Translations under genes and position numbers: made by a program
The notes under the pieces: generated by a model
The model's database searches: none
Seen by the model: the letters and a program-made list of their open reading frames with translations, nothing else
What the model was told of the DNA's origin: nothing
Assembly: GCA_013265495.1 (NCBI GenBank)
Contig: MU058636.1
Span: forward strand, 1,364,001-1,428,000
Reading direction: 5' to 3'
From: Vicugna vicugna
Lineage: Eukaryota
Length of the DNA: 64,000 nucleotides
Part shown: positions 30,280-43,044 of the stretch, in pieces
Layout: each line of letters starts with the position of its first letter
How positions within the stretch are numbered: position 1 is the first letter of the stretch

Positions 30280-30960
30280 AGGTGCAAGCCTGCGCGCTAA
30301 AAAGCATGCTCCCGGACAGCCTGGGGGCGGGGCTGCTCTTCAGGGAGCGCAGCAGGGAGGGCGGGGTTCTCGCGGGGCAGGCGCGCAGGCGCAGCTGGGC
30401 GGCTCACGCTCCGGGCCCAGTGCCCGGCGGGGCGTCTCCGCTCACGGCCGGCCGCCATCTTGGGTTGTGTCGCCCGAGCGTCTCTGCACACGGCCCTGAG
30501 CTGAGGTGTGGACGATGCCATTTTGTACCAGGAACTCTGGTCCGAACGGCCCAGTGCGAGGCCTTCGCCCGCGGCCCACTGTGAGCCAGCAAAACTATAC
30601 TAAACACAAAAGAAAAGGAAAGAAAAAAAGATTAGACTTTATTTTATGACCCAGATTCTGGTTTCACTCCCTGGGGACTGCTGGTGGACTTTGCCGAGGA
30701 TGTAGCACCTCACGCCCTCGCGAGGTAAGTTCTGGTATCATCACCCCCGCTTGACAGAAGGGAAGACTGAGGCACAGAGAAGTTAGGCAGCCGCCCGAGT
30801 TTGCCTGGCTGCTCAGAGGCAGACTCAGGTTTCAAGCCTCGGCCTCCCGGCTGCGGACTCTAGTGTCCCAGCCATCAGGCCACCCGCCCCTCGTGACAGC
30901 CGGGTCGGAAACGCGGTCGGGATGCGCAGGCTGGGAGGGTGGCTGCCCGCCGCCCCTCTG
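30280..30960. promoter_or_regulatory. Orphan CpG-rich promoter-like element (SP1, NRF1, 2x YY1 motifs; consensus splice donor at 30724/30725)
   Basis: GGGGCGGGG 30324-30332, GCGCAGGCGCA 30383-30393, GCCGCCATCTTG 30451-30462, GCCATTTTG 30517-30525, GAG|GTAAGT 30722-30730. Confidence 0.6.
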
Positions 30961-33937
30961 CGTGTTGTGGGGAGAGAGCTCTGGGGGCCTCGGGGAAGCA
31001 GCAGGGCCTGTGTCCAGACTCAGGCCTGGATGGGCCTCTGGGAGCTGCTGGCCCTCCCGCCAATCAGGGCTCCTGGGCCCCTCCCTCCAGGGTGGCCTAG
31101 TGTCCCCACCACGACGGGCACTGGGTCAGCAGCAGTGAGGTGGGCTCCCCGAGCTTCCTGCTTCCTCTCGCTCCCTGGCCAACTGGTCCTGGGCTGAGGA
31201 CAGACTCCCGATGCTGCTGAGAGGCTCAGCCGACGAGGGCGGTGTTTCAGGCTGATTTCCTCGAGGTTTAGAACAGGCTGAGTGCATCTTGACATTCTGC
31301 CTGCACCTCCATTTGTGTGTCAGGGACGGGCGGTGTGTTGAAGAGGTTTCATCAAGCTCGCAGGAACAGTTGCCCGTGGTTCTCTGGTTGTCCTCTGTAC
31401 AGATTTGCATTCAGCAGAGGGGACAGGTCTCTGTGTGGCTGGGGCAGGGCTCTTGAGAGGAGAGTGGGGGCCTGGGGTGTGAGAAGCAGCTTGGATTTTG
31501 AGTTAAATAGGCACATTCCGAGCCCTGCATCTTCACCAGCCATTGGCCCGGGTCAACAGAAATAACAGTAGCATTCACGGGCCACTCGTTATGGGGATGG
31601 TGAGCATGTCTAAGCTGCTGGGGATGTGGTGTTGAACACAACCCAGATTACCGCCTCACTCCGACCCAGCGCAGCCCCCCACGGAGAGGGCTTCCTCTGT
31701 GCAGCATCTCCAGAGTCTTATTTTGGCTTTTAGATGCATTCAAAGGTATGTTCATTGAGACTGAGAACTCAAGGTGTATGGCCTGGGATCCTGGGGCACC
31801 TGGATGCACCTCTGGAAGCTCGGGGAGAGATCTGGGAGTGGATGCATTTGTCAAGATAAAGTGTGCAGTGGGAGGACAAGAGGGAGGACAACCAAGGATG
31901 GAATCAGGGTCTGGATAGAGCCATGAGAATCGGGGTAAGTGAAGAAGAGCAGTCCATGGCAGGGCCAAGGAGGGACATCAGAGATGCAGGCAGAGCCAGA
32001 GGAGCAGCTGTCCTGGAAGTCAAGGATGGCTAGAGTGACAGGCAGACGATGTGTCAGCAGCAGCACCCGTCAGCTGTAGTTCAGCCACCCTTTAGCAGCA
32101 TTTGTTTCTGCTTTGCTAGGACACTTAATTCCTCCTCCCAATTCTTTTGAAACCAATTTCCCTTAGATGCAAAGTGGAAGGTAAAGCTCTCTCCCAGCTC
32201 TGACGCTCTAGCCTCCAGGACCTACTCCCTAAGCCAGCCCTCTTTCACCAGTTCTCTGTATATCCTTCCAGAGGTGTTATCTCCAGTTAGTTTTCTTTGA
32301 AAAACAGAATTGTCAACGTATGCACCAGTTCACCTGCCTGATGCAGTCAAATTCAAGTCCCCACAAATACCAAAACAAAACCCAAATTCAGGTGTTTGTG
32401 ATTTTTGCATCATTCTTCACATACTGTTTTAAATATTCACTTACGAGTTTTATATTATTTTCAATGTTGAGTAGGGTTGGTAGTTTGGAACAGTATATTC
32501 CTTCTCTCCGCTGGGCACTGCCACCAGGTTCCTGTTCTTGTTCTCGGGGACCAGCCTGGTTCAGAGTCCATTTGCAGAGTGAGGGGATTGACGCCTGTGA
32601 GAACCCACAAACAGTTGGGGTAATAGCTGAGCCTCTTCCTCATATCCACAAGGATCATTAGTTTGGATTCCTGTTCCAGGAAAGCATCCTTTATCTGATG
32701 GCAACTTTCAACATTAAACAAAGTATAAGCACACGGACATTTGAATAGGTATGACCACCCTCCAAGGATGCAGGACGCAGTTTTGCTGACCTCACATGCT
32801 GGCATTGCTGGGTTCTGCCGTTTCCACTGCAGGGACACCTCCTGGGTCTGCAAGGTGGCTTCGGGGTCTCACTCTCCCTCCCTCGCTGGGGCTGCACAGA
32901 CGTTTCTACATGGACAGCTAGAGCCAATGTACCTGACATACCAGAGTTTTCAAGTTTTATTTTTTGGAATAGATACATGGTTCATATGGTTCAGAAGCTT
33001 TAAAAACTATACAAAGGCATAAAGTGAACATCTTCACTTCATTCCGTCTCCGTCCACCCAGTTCACACCTCCCTCCTCCTCTCCCCATGGCACCCAAAGG
33101 TGACTAACCCCTTGGACTGCTTTCCAGTTACTTCAAATGTGTTTCATCCAGACAATAGAGTCTTTTCCCCCCTGGAATATAGAGTCATTTGACAATATCA
33201 AGTGGTTTATCAAGAAAAAAGCACCTGTTGAGGCTAAATTTGGACTTTGAATTCAAACCAAAGATCTTCTTGTAAACCCTGTAAGCAGTATTGTTTGTAC
33301 ATAGAATTGTGGTCTTCTTTTTACTCTGTTGGGAAAGCAGTTCCAAAATGCTCAAGTGTTAGCAATGTTCAAACAGGCTTTTGAACAGACTAAATTCACC
33401 CAAGGAATAGTCATACCTCGACTCAGTCCCTTGAGGACTTTGACCCCAGAGACAATCTCCCCATTGGAGGCCAAGGGGCACTTAGTGGTCCACGTTAGGG
33501 TTCAGTAAAGGGCAGAATGAAATGTGTATGAGCTCCCAGCTGCTTTGAGTCAGGGCATCACTGTTCCAGTACAAAGCGACAAGGCACATGGTGATGTGAA
33601 GGATCAGTGGATAAAACACCTTCCTTAGCTCCAGATCAATGCCTGTGGCAAGAGCACCTCAAGTAATTTAATTTTGGCTATTTAGTTTCACAAAGGAAGA
33701 ATTTCAGAGGTGCTAACAATGACTGGGAAAAAGCAGCAAGCTGTGTAACAGCAAGTATCACAAAATGTACCACAAACACAGCTGAAAAGGAAGTGTAATT
33801 AGTGCTAAGGCCTCTTCCTTGCTGAGTAACATCTGGTTTCAGTGAAGGCTGGGGACGGCAGCAGGGCTGAAGGGGCAGTACAAACAGCTGGCTGACACCG
33901 AGGCCACCAGCACAGCACAGAAGCAGGAACCGCAAAG

Positions 33938-34022
33938 CGTGCGTGGGTGTGCACGTGTGGGGTGTATGTGTGTGTGCGTGTGTGTGAGTGCGTGTGTGCG
34001 CGTGCGTGTGAGCATGTGCGTG
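33938..34022. repeat. Imperfect (TG/CG)n alternating purine-pyrimidine tract
   Basis: Direct reading. Confidence 0.9.
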
Positions 34023-35879
34023 CTCTCTTGCCTCCTCGTCTCCCACCACCTCCCATTAGGGACGGCAGTAATATCGACAGAGCCCGACGTGAAGGCTGCT
34101 GAGCGGAGCCCTACACAGGCTGACCCGGGAGAGGGTCTTGTCTGTCATGTTAGTTTCTGTGAAAGCCTCTCTCTCCTTTTTGTCCCAAGATAAAAAGGAT
34201 TGGAGGTGGCTCTTTCCTCAGCTCTCAGGCAGTATCTATGTACAGACAGGTCGTTTGCAACATACTCCTCTCAGTTTGCATGAAGTAGTAGTGGGAGCAG
34301 GTTGGGGTGCCCTTCACAAAAGGAGACCACACTTACCACATAAACCCCACTGAAAAGGTTTGTGGAGAGAACGCATGTACAGAGAAGTCAGTGAGAATGA
34401 AGGCCCACGCATGGAAATCATGAGGGATGGGAAATATTTGTCCTTTTTCAGCCCTGCAAGCCGGGGTGGGCAGGCAATAGTCAGAAGCAGGGGGACCCTG
34501 GCAACTGGGGGGCTCTGTGCTGCCAGTGCCCTGAGCATTATCTGGATGGTTTGACCACTCCAAGTGAGGAAAGCAGTTGTCTGTATGTTTTCACTGAGAT
34601 CTGGAGAAAAAGCTATTTGAAATTTTCACCACTGGCAGTTTCTAGAAATTCTCAGTTTGGACTCACAGGCCCCAACACCAGACATTCTCATTCATCCGAA
34701 GTGTTTTGTAGCGAGCACCCCAGTTGTTTCCCCTGCAGACATTCTCCAGAACACACCTGGAGGAATGTGGCTGCAGGAGCGCAGAGCTGATCAGAATGGG
34801 GCTGAGCCAGGGAGGTTCTACTCTGCGGCCCTCTTCTTGGTTCCGGTCACTCGCCGGCTAGCTTATGTGGGGATTAGTCTTATCTGGGCTGAAATTCCCA
34901 CTCTGCCACTTACTCTGCAGCCTTGATCAGGGAACCCAGCCTCTCCATCCTCAGTTCATGTGGTTAGTGTGAGGAGTGAGATGGCTCACAGAGCGCACGG
35001 CGAGGCAGCTGGCATGTCGTGGATGCCCGAGAAGTTTGCATTATTATGGCTGTTGAAATCATCTGTGTAATGACTCCTGTTTGTCTTCATATCTATTGTT
35101 TACACTCTCACATGTGTTCTGACAAAAGTTTTGTTACTTGGCTGTCATTTAGGGCTTCATCAGATGTCTAGGATAGGGCATTGATAAATGCTGGTGAATC
35201 CCTTCCAAGGATCTCACTTGGCACCAGTTCTGCGCCTTGCTGGGCAAAGTCTTGTTGAGGCTGTGCCAGTGTTATTTTTCGAAATATTTTACCTGTTGCT
35301 CCTCCTTGCCTTGTACAGCTGTGGGCTGACCCAGAATGATATAGGACAGTGGTCTGAGGCCCAGTAGGCTGGGCAGCCAGACACGAAAGCTGGTTAGAGA
35401 GGGAAGTGGCCCAAGTTCACGCTGGACTCAACAAGCCAACATTCGAGATGAAACAGAGGTAGGGAGCAGGAGTGGGTCTGGAACGGGCATTGTCAGGTAC
35501 GACAGGTGAGAACAGGACAGGTAGGCCAGTGGGAGCCAGAGTACTCCGCAGACCAGGGGCTAACACTCGAGGGGAGATGGCCCCAGCCAGGGCTGAAGAA
35601 GTCCCCAGGGTCCGAAGGGTTGGGAGGTGTGAGCTTGAGAAGAAGCGAGAGGTTCCAGCACCTAGAAGAGTCCCAGTAAAGGAGGATTCATCTCTAAATG
35701 ACAGAAACCGTTAGAAACGCTTGGGCTGGGACCCAAGGAGAAAAAAGGGGAATACCTACCTGGTGAATGACCTGCCGAGGGAGAGCAGGTGCTTCCGGAA
35801 AGCCACCGTTTGGTGCCGTGTACATGCAACAATTATAAGATACTGGGGGAGACACATTCCGCCCAACCCACAGTGTGCA

Positions 35880-36022
35880 CAGCAGAGTAGGTGAGCTGCA
35901 GTCACTGGCTGGATGTGTGAGAGGATACATGGGAAACCTCTGCACTTTTTGCTCAATTTTTCTGTAAACCTAAAACTGTTCAAAAACATAAAGTCTATTT
36001 ATTAAAAAAATAAAAATAAAAA
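35880..36022 (+). mobile_element. Old L1M 3' end fragment
   Basis: GGATACATGGGAAACCTCTGCACTTTTTGCTCAATTTTTCTGTAAACCTAAAACTG followed by an A-rich tail. Confidence 0.7.
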
Positions 36023-36024
36023 TC

Positions 36025-36350
36025 CAGAGTAGGCTCCCTTGGGCTGGGATTGGCTGCAGCTCCACTGCTATCCAAGGCCCGGGAACCTGTCTTCCTGCCG
36101 CTCTAGCTGGTGTGTAGCTCTCACCCCAAGGTGCCCGTCGTGGTCGGCGTGGCTTCTGGAGCACCAGGGGGCTGGTCCCAGGCAGCAGGGAGGGGCAGCC
36201 CAGCTTGCTTAGATGAGCCTTTCCAGGGTCTGTCCCTTGCTTGTCTGTCTCCTCAGTCACATGACCACACAGAGCTGCAAGGGCAGCTGGGAAATGGAGT
36301 CTTCTCCCTGGGTGTCTTGGCACCCCTGGTGACACTGCAGTCCTGTCACT
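36025..36350 (-). mobile_element. MaLR (MLT1-type) LTR fragment
   Basis: AGTCACATGACCAC...GCTGCAAGGGCAGCTGGGAAATGGAGTC motif typical of MLT1. Confidence 0.55.
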
Positions 36351-39282
36351 AAGGAGAAGTGCAGCGGGTACTGGGGGACAACAAGCTGTCTCTGCTTCAG
36401 AAAGGCACAGCCATTCTTGAGAGCCTTTTTTAAAAAACCTGGAGTTTCTCAGCAACCCTGCTTTGGGACACTGTGGGGTCTTCCCCCAGCCTGAAGGGGT
36501 TCCAGGAGGAATTTGTGGCTGACAGGAGGAGCGTGGTGACGGCTGGACTGGGCAGGGCTGAGAAGGAATACTGTCCATACCTTCCCCTTTCCCGTGAAGC
36601 CTTGCTGGGCTGCCTGCTGACAGCACATTTTCTACCGTCCTGTTGGAGGGAGGAGGGAGAAGGTCCAGACTGTGACTCCAGAAATAATAGGAATGAGGTG
36701 CTGAAGCCCTGGGCCTCCTCTCTTCGGGGAGGGCAGGCGGGGTCTGGGAGCTGGGACAGCAGGAAACGGCCCTGTTTCTGTGCAGTGGGGCAAACGCACA
36801 AACTCTCAGTTCCTGAAGTCAGGCTGGGTGCCCTCCCTGCGACACGAATGAATCACAAGCCCTCGCAGCAGAGTGGGAGCAGTGCTGACGGATTTCTTTC
36901 TGACAACACCCGTGTGATCTTCCGGGTGCGTCAGGTGCCCTGCTAATTGCTTTAAATGACAGCACGGTGCCGGAGGGCAGAGCAGCAGGTGAGGCTGTGA
37001 CAAGGGAAGAGGGGCTGTGGAAGTCGTCCCTGGAGACACTGGGGCAGAGCAAACCATGATGTGGGTGACCCACCCTCCCGCCACCTGTTAATGGGATAAC
37101 CACCCCCCTACCCTGTACCACCCACTGACAGCTGTCCTTGTGTCCGTGTTGGCCTCTGTCTTCTCTGTCACAACCCCCTCTACTGACCAGACCCCAGGAA
37201 CAGGAGCCCAGGTAATTAAGGTCGAATATCTTTTTCTCTGTGTATATAAAGAAAAGACTGTTTTACAACTCCTATACAACTGCTTAAACATATAGTTAAC
37301 AGGCTAGGGCCAGAGCCTCCTAGAAGACGGTTTCAGCCCCACAGCCCAGGATTTGAAAACCAAAGGAGAAGAGAGGAAATTGGTGATCTGGGCCACTTTG
37401 TATTTACTAGTAGATATTTTGTGTTTATGTATCAGATGAGAGAAAGAAGTTTAAGGTAGTTTGGTAGAGAAGTGTCCATTATAAAAAGTCACTGTTTCAA
37501 AGTGTTTCTTTTTCTTCATTCACAACACACACAAGTATTTGGTGTGGCAGGCTCTGTGTTGCTTTTGCCAACAAGAGTGGGGAGATAAAAGGGAGTCGCT
37601 GGGCTGGGGTCATCTGATCACTAGTGACCTGTCCTCAATGGTTACTGCTGAGACAGTCATCACCATGGATGGTCTGGCTTGCCAGGCCTCTGGAGCTGCA
37701 GGCCAGGCTGGAGAATGTCACCTTCCCCAAGACAGCCTGGCATTTCCCATCCAGGGTGCAGCCACCTCCCCGAGGCTCAGTCTGCAGCCCCACCTGCCTC
37801 CTTCCTTCTTCCAGACAGAGAGACTCTGGCTCTACTCCAAGGATGAAGGAAAGCCCGATTCTCATCACATCCCAAATTCTCCAAAAGATCTTTTGTGCAC
37901 CCCAAATCCTCTCCCCACTATAAAGCTACAACATGTATGCATCTGATTATGGCATCTATCTATGGAATCTTCTAGCAGCCTTTAAGGGTTTGGGCTTTTG
38001 CAATACTAAGCCAAGAGACTTGGGTGTGGAGGTGTCTCTGCCTTCTGTCCTTTGCATCCTTCATGGGGCAGATGTTGTTGGTTGGCTACCAAACGCCCAT
38101 TTCAAGCTCCTTCTTACAGGGCTAATAAGGGCGCTGCTGCAACAACACAAAATGGGATGCCACAAACGTGATTTTAGGTCATACGTGCATTTCCAGGCGT
38201 TTTGGCTGCAGTGTGACCAGTAAGTCAGGGTGTTAACCAGAACTCGGACAAGCTTTGGCCACTGGGAGACCATAGGTGAGTCAGAAAGACACGTTCTCTT
38301 CATTCATCAGGAGAAAACCAGGTCCAGGCAAAGAAAATACGGTTTATAGTTGGAATTTATGATCAAAGTATTTGTGAGTTTTTCATTATAATTAGCTCTA
38401 AATTTGTAAAAAACTTTAAAGGGCGTGTCAACAGCACTGATGCTTGGCAGGTTGACTACAAGATTATAATTGTTCTAAAAAATGATTTTGGATAGAAAGG
38501 ATGCTCCTCTTTTGTCTCTTGGTTAATGATGCTTCCTGAAGCTCATCAGGCCATCGGGCAGGGGCAACACATTAGCTGCTGTTTACCTGGCCTTCGTTAG
38601 CATTTGTTTCAGGGTCAGCTTAGGGAAAGGCTGGGGAAGGGAGTAGCAGACTCGAAGCTCCAGTGTATACATTGGTGGCTGGTGTTAGGCCCCCTTCCTG
38701 CATTCTTTCTCTGTAACCTCAGATAGTCCTGTTTGGACTTATGGGCCTGGGCCTGGTCCCCGAGTGCTGTTTGTCTTTCCGGAGGTGACAAAGACAGACA
38801 CACACAGGTGACAATGGGATGAGTCTCAAAGAGGCACACGTGGCATGCTGCCTGAAGTATTTAAAGCACTCTTTGTTGTTTTGGGAACACTTTAAAACAT
38901 CCTGCAGAGAGAAGAAAAAAAGACAAAACAGAAAGAAATTCAGAAATGAATGAGAACTGAATTGCAAAATCACATAGCAGTTTGAGCTGTCAGATCCGCC
39001 ACTTCACCCAAGATCTTCCTTAATGAAATGATTTCCTTTATCACTCCACATTGTCATTTTTATCATTCATTGTTCCTCTTAAACACAGGCTGGGCAGGAA
39101 GTTCTGTCCTTTACCATTTATTACTCATGAAAAGCTGCATTTTATTAGTGTCTTTTTGGAGATTTATGTGAGGATAACATTCGTTTAGGGTGATTCTCCA
39201 AGTCAGTCTTGCTTTAAGGATTCTGTCCATCTTGGATGATTTAAACAAATGAAATTTTACAGGTTCATATATTTAAACAGCT

Positions 39283-41130
39283 TTTTGATTGACTTTATTT
39301 TTAGAGCAGTTATAGATTCACAGGAAAGTTGAGCAGGAAGTACAGAGAGTTTCCCACATACTTCCTGCCCCTAGCACACATGCCTCCCCAGGTTCATGTC
39401 TTGCCCTGAACCCTACATTTGTTACAATTGATGCACCTACACTTACGTGTCATTATTATCACCCAAAGTCTGTGGTTCACATTACGGTTCACTCTTGGTG
39501 TACATCCTGTGGGTATTAACAAAAGTATAATGACATGTATCCACCATTATAGTATCATACAGAATAGTTTCTCTGCTTTAAAAATCCTCTCTGCTCTGCC
39601 TGCTTGTCCCTCATTCCCTCCTAACCCCTGGCAACCACTGATCTTTTTACTGTCTCTATAGTTTTGCCTTTTCCTTGAGCATCATGTGGTTGGAATCATA
39701 TAGTATGTAGGCTTTTAGATTGACTTCTTTCACTTGGCAATATGCATTTAAGGTTCCTCCATGTCTTTTCATCGCTTGATAGAACATTTCTTTTTACTGC
39801 TGAATAAATGTCTGAATGTACCGTAGTTTATTTATCTATTCACCTACTGAAGGGCATCTTGGTTGCTTTCAAGTTTTGACAATTATGAATAAAGCTGCCA
39901 TAAGCATCTGTGTGCAGGTTTTTGTGTGGATGAAGTTTTCAGCTCCTTTGGGTAAGTATCTCAGAGTAAAATTGCTGAATCATTCAGTAGAGTATGTTTA
40001 GTTTTATAGAAAATCTCCAAACTGTCTTCCAAAGTGGCTGTACCATTTTGTTTTCCTATCAGTGGTGAATGAGAGTCCGTGCTGCTCTGCATCCTCTCCA
40101 GCATTTGTGTTATCAGTGCTCTGATTTTGCCATTCTAGTAGGGTGCAGTGTAGCTCCTTGTTTTAATTTGCAACATCCCTTATGATGTTGATCATCTTTT
40201 CATATGTCTATTTGCCATCTGTATATCTCCTTTGGTGAGGTGCCCTTTCAGATCTTCTGCTTATTTTAAATTCAGATTTTTTTTTGTTTTCTTATCATTG
40301 AGTTTTAAGAGTTCTTTATATACTTCAGATATCAGTTCTTTATTAGACATGTGTTTTGCAATTACTTTCTTCAGGATTATGGCTCATCTTACTCTCTTGA
40401 CGATGCCTTTCACAGAGCAAAAGTTTTAAATTTTAGTGAAGTTTAATTTATCAATTTTTTCTGTCGTGGATCATGCCTTTGTTGTTGTATCTGTAAGTCA
40501 TTGTCAAACCCAAGGTCATCTAGATTTTCTCCTCTGCTGTCTTCTAGGATTTTCATGATCTTGCATGTTACATTCAGGTGTATGACCCATTGTGAGTTAA
40601 TTTTTGAGAAGGGTATAAGGTCTGGGTTTAGATCCCTCTCTCTATTTTTATGTTTTTGAATGTGGATGTCCGGTTGTTTCAGCATCATTTGTTGAAAAGA
40701 CTTTCTTTTCTCCGTTGAATTACCTTTGCTCCTTTTCCAAGGTCAGTTGACTGTATTTGTGTGAGTCTATTTATGGGCTCTGCATTCTGCTCCATTGATC
40801 TATTTCTCTGTCCTTTCACCAGTAGCACACTATTTTGATTACTGTGGCTTTATAGTAAGTCTTAAAGCTGGGTAGTGTCGGTCCTCCAATTTTGTTTTTC
40901 CCCTTAAGCATTGTGTTGGATATTCCAGGTCGTATGCCTCTCCATATAAACTATACAATTGGTTTTTTTTTTTTATTGAAGTACTGTCAATTACAATGTG
41001 TCAGTCTCTGGTATATAGCACAATGTTCCAGTCATGCATATACATACATATATTCGTTTTCATATACAATTCGTTTTTTGATATCCACAAAATCACCTCG
41101 CATTTTGATTGAGATTGCATTGAATGTAAT
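39283..41130 (-). mobile_element. Older L1 (L1MA/MB-like) 3' region with nested short younger L1 3' fragment at about 40966-41062
   Basis: Decayed ORF2 on minus strand (DLIPFSKINSQWVIHLNV). The nested piece has a polyT/ATTGAAGT end and near-TSD TATACAATT(G/C)GTTT at 40952-40965 and 41063-41076. Confidence 0.85.
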
Positions 41131-41159
41131 AAATATACATTTTTGTTGGGTCTTTACCT

Positions 41160-43025
41160 AGCGGTGGAATTTCTGATTGTAGAGTAAACATATGTTAAGC
41201 TTTAATTCAGTTTATGTTCAGTTTTCCAAAATGGTTTTGCAAATTTACACCCCCATCAGCAGTATGTGGGAGTTTGAGTTGCTCTGTATCTTTGCAATGT
41301 TTAGTGTTTCTCCTTTCAGCTGTTTAGCTGGTAGGTGTACAATGGTGTCACGTTATCATTTTAGTCTGCATTTCCTGGTGACTAATGAAGTTCTTTACTT
41401 TTCATTTGTTTACTGGCCATTTGTATATCCTTTTATCAAGTTTCTGTTTAAGTCTTTTGTTCATTATTTCTACTGAGTATTCTTTTTCTTGTCAGTTTGA
41501 AGGAGTTTTTTTTTTTTTCTTTTCAAAATGTGAGTCCTTTGTTGAGCATGTATTGCAAATGCTTTTTCCAATATATATGTTCTGGTTTTGTTCTGCTAAT
41601 AATGTCTTTTGATGAACAGAATTCTTCATTTTAATATTGTCCAACTCATTTTTCTCTTTTATTATCAAAGTTTTTGTGTCCTGTTTAAGAAGTCTTTGCC
41701 TCCTTCAAAAAATCAACATTCAGAACAAAATTCAGTCATCAGAATGGGACTGTGTGTGATGGTGAATTTCTTTACAAATCCATCACTCCATAAATATTTA
41801 TTTCCTAGTATATTTATATAATAGAATACTATATAGATGTTTAAATGAACAAAAGCTGCATACATTAACAAGAATGTATCTCAAAAACATAATGCTGAAT
41901 GAAAAAAGTCATAGAAGTCAGATTCCAGTCATCTAAGGTAGAATAATAGGCAAAATTAAATGACATATTGTACAGAAACTCAAACAATCGTGGTAGACCC
42001 TTCAAGAAAAAGAAGGGTATTACTGATCAGAAAGTCAGGTGTGTGGGTGCCTCTGGGAGGGAGCAGAGGCCTGTGATTGGGGAGCGCATGCCAGGGCTCC
42101 TGGGGCACTGGGGGCGCTCTGTCTCCTAAGCTGGATGGTGGAAACACAGGTGATTATCTCACTGCTCTTACGTCTGTGCATATGCCGTCCATGCACTCTT
42201 CTGAATGTAGGATATAATCACACAAAAACATATGCATTTTTTTTTTTTACTAAGAAAACCAAAGATGAGCATTTAGATTGAAGGGACACACCAAGTCTTA
42301 AGCAGAATAGATACAAATGTGTCCTCACACAGACATAAGCAGAGCAGAACAGCAGGACAACAACAGCCTAGAGAAAATCTTCAAAGCCACTAGAGAGACA
42401 GGCACCTACGAAGCAATGATGCTCTGATGGATAGCAGACTTAGCAGTAACAGACGTCAGCAGCTGCCTGAATGACATCTCCAAACTGCTGAGAACGATAC
42501 TACTGGAATTCCTTACCCACAAATTATACCCAAGATTTAGAGTGCGAGGAAACATTTTTAGACACAGAGACCAAGAGAGCTTACCTCTCAGAAAAACATC
42601 ACTAGAAGAGCAACTAAAGGATACTTTTCTGTGGAAGAAAATAGCCCAGAAGGAATGAGTTGGAGACAAAAAGTGAGGAACGGTATGAAGAAACTAGTCA
42701 GCACATTGGAAAACCCAAAGTTAGCATTATCTATAAAACACAGAAGAGCTAATTCAAGGGATTTTGATGAGAAGTTGGAATTGAATAACAGACACCATTA
42801 GCATGACTGGTAGTGTTTCACAGGAAAGGATTCCAAGACTCTCGTTTTGTTCTCTGGGAAGAGTAGTGTATTAACTTCAGACTTCTGTTAAGTACACGTG
42901 GTTAGAAGTTTTAAGGTAACCTTTAATATAACAGAAGTGTATAATTTTCAAACTAAAAGAAGAAACTTAGAGAGTAAAGAAAATGTCAGCCCAATAGCAG
43001 GTAAGAAATGAGCAAAAAGAAGCAT
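41160..43025. mobile_element. Highly decayed L1M/L1ME fragments in both orientations
   Basis: L1-like phrases (TTTTCCAAAATGGTT...AATTTACAC; ATCTCAAAAACATAATGCTGAATGAAAAAAG; AAATCTTCAAAGCC); boundaries approximate. Confidence 0.55.
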
Positions 43026-43044
43026 AAAGAATGCATGATAAATA

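Noticed and set aside
35970..36946. 218-aa and 157-aa ORFs
   Set aside because: Overlap MaLR/L1 relics and GC-rich unique DNA; no domain, codon or splice support.
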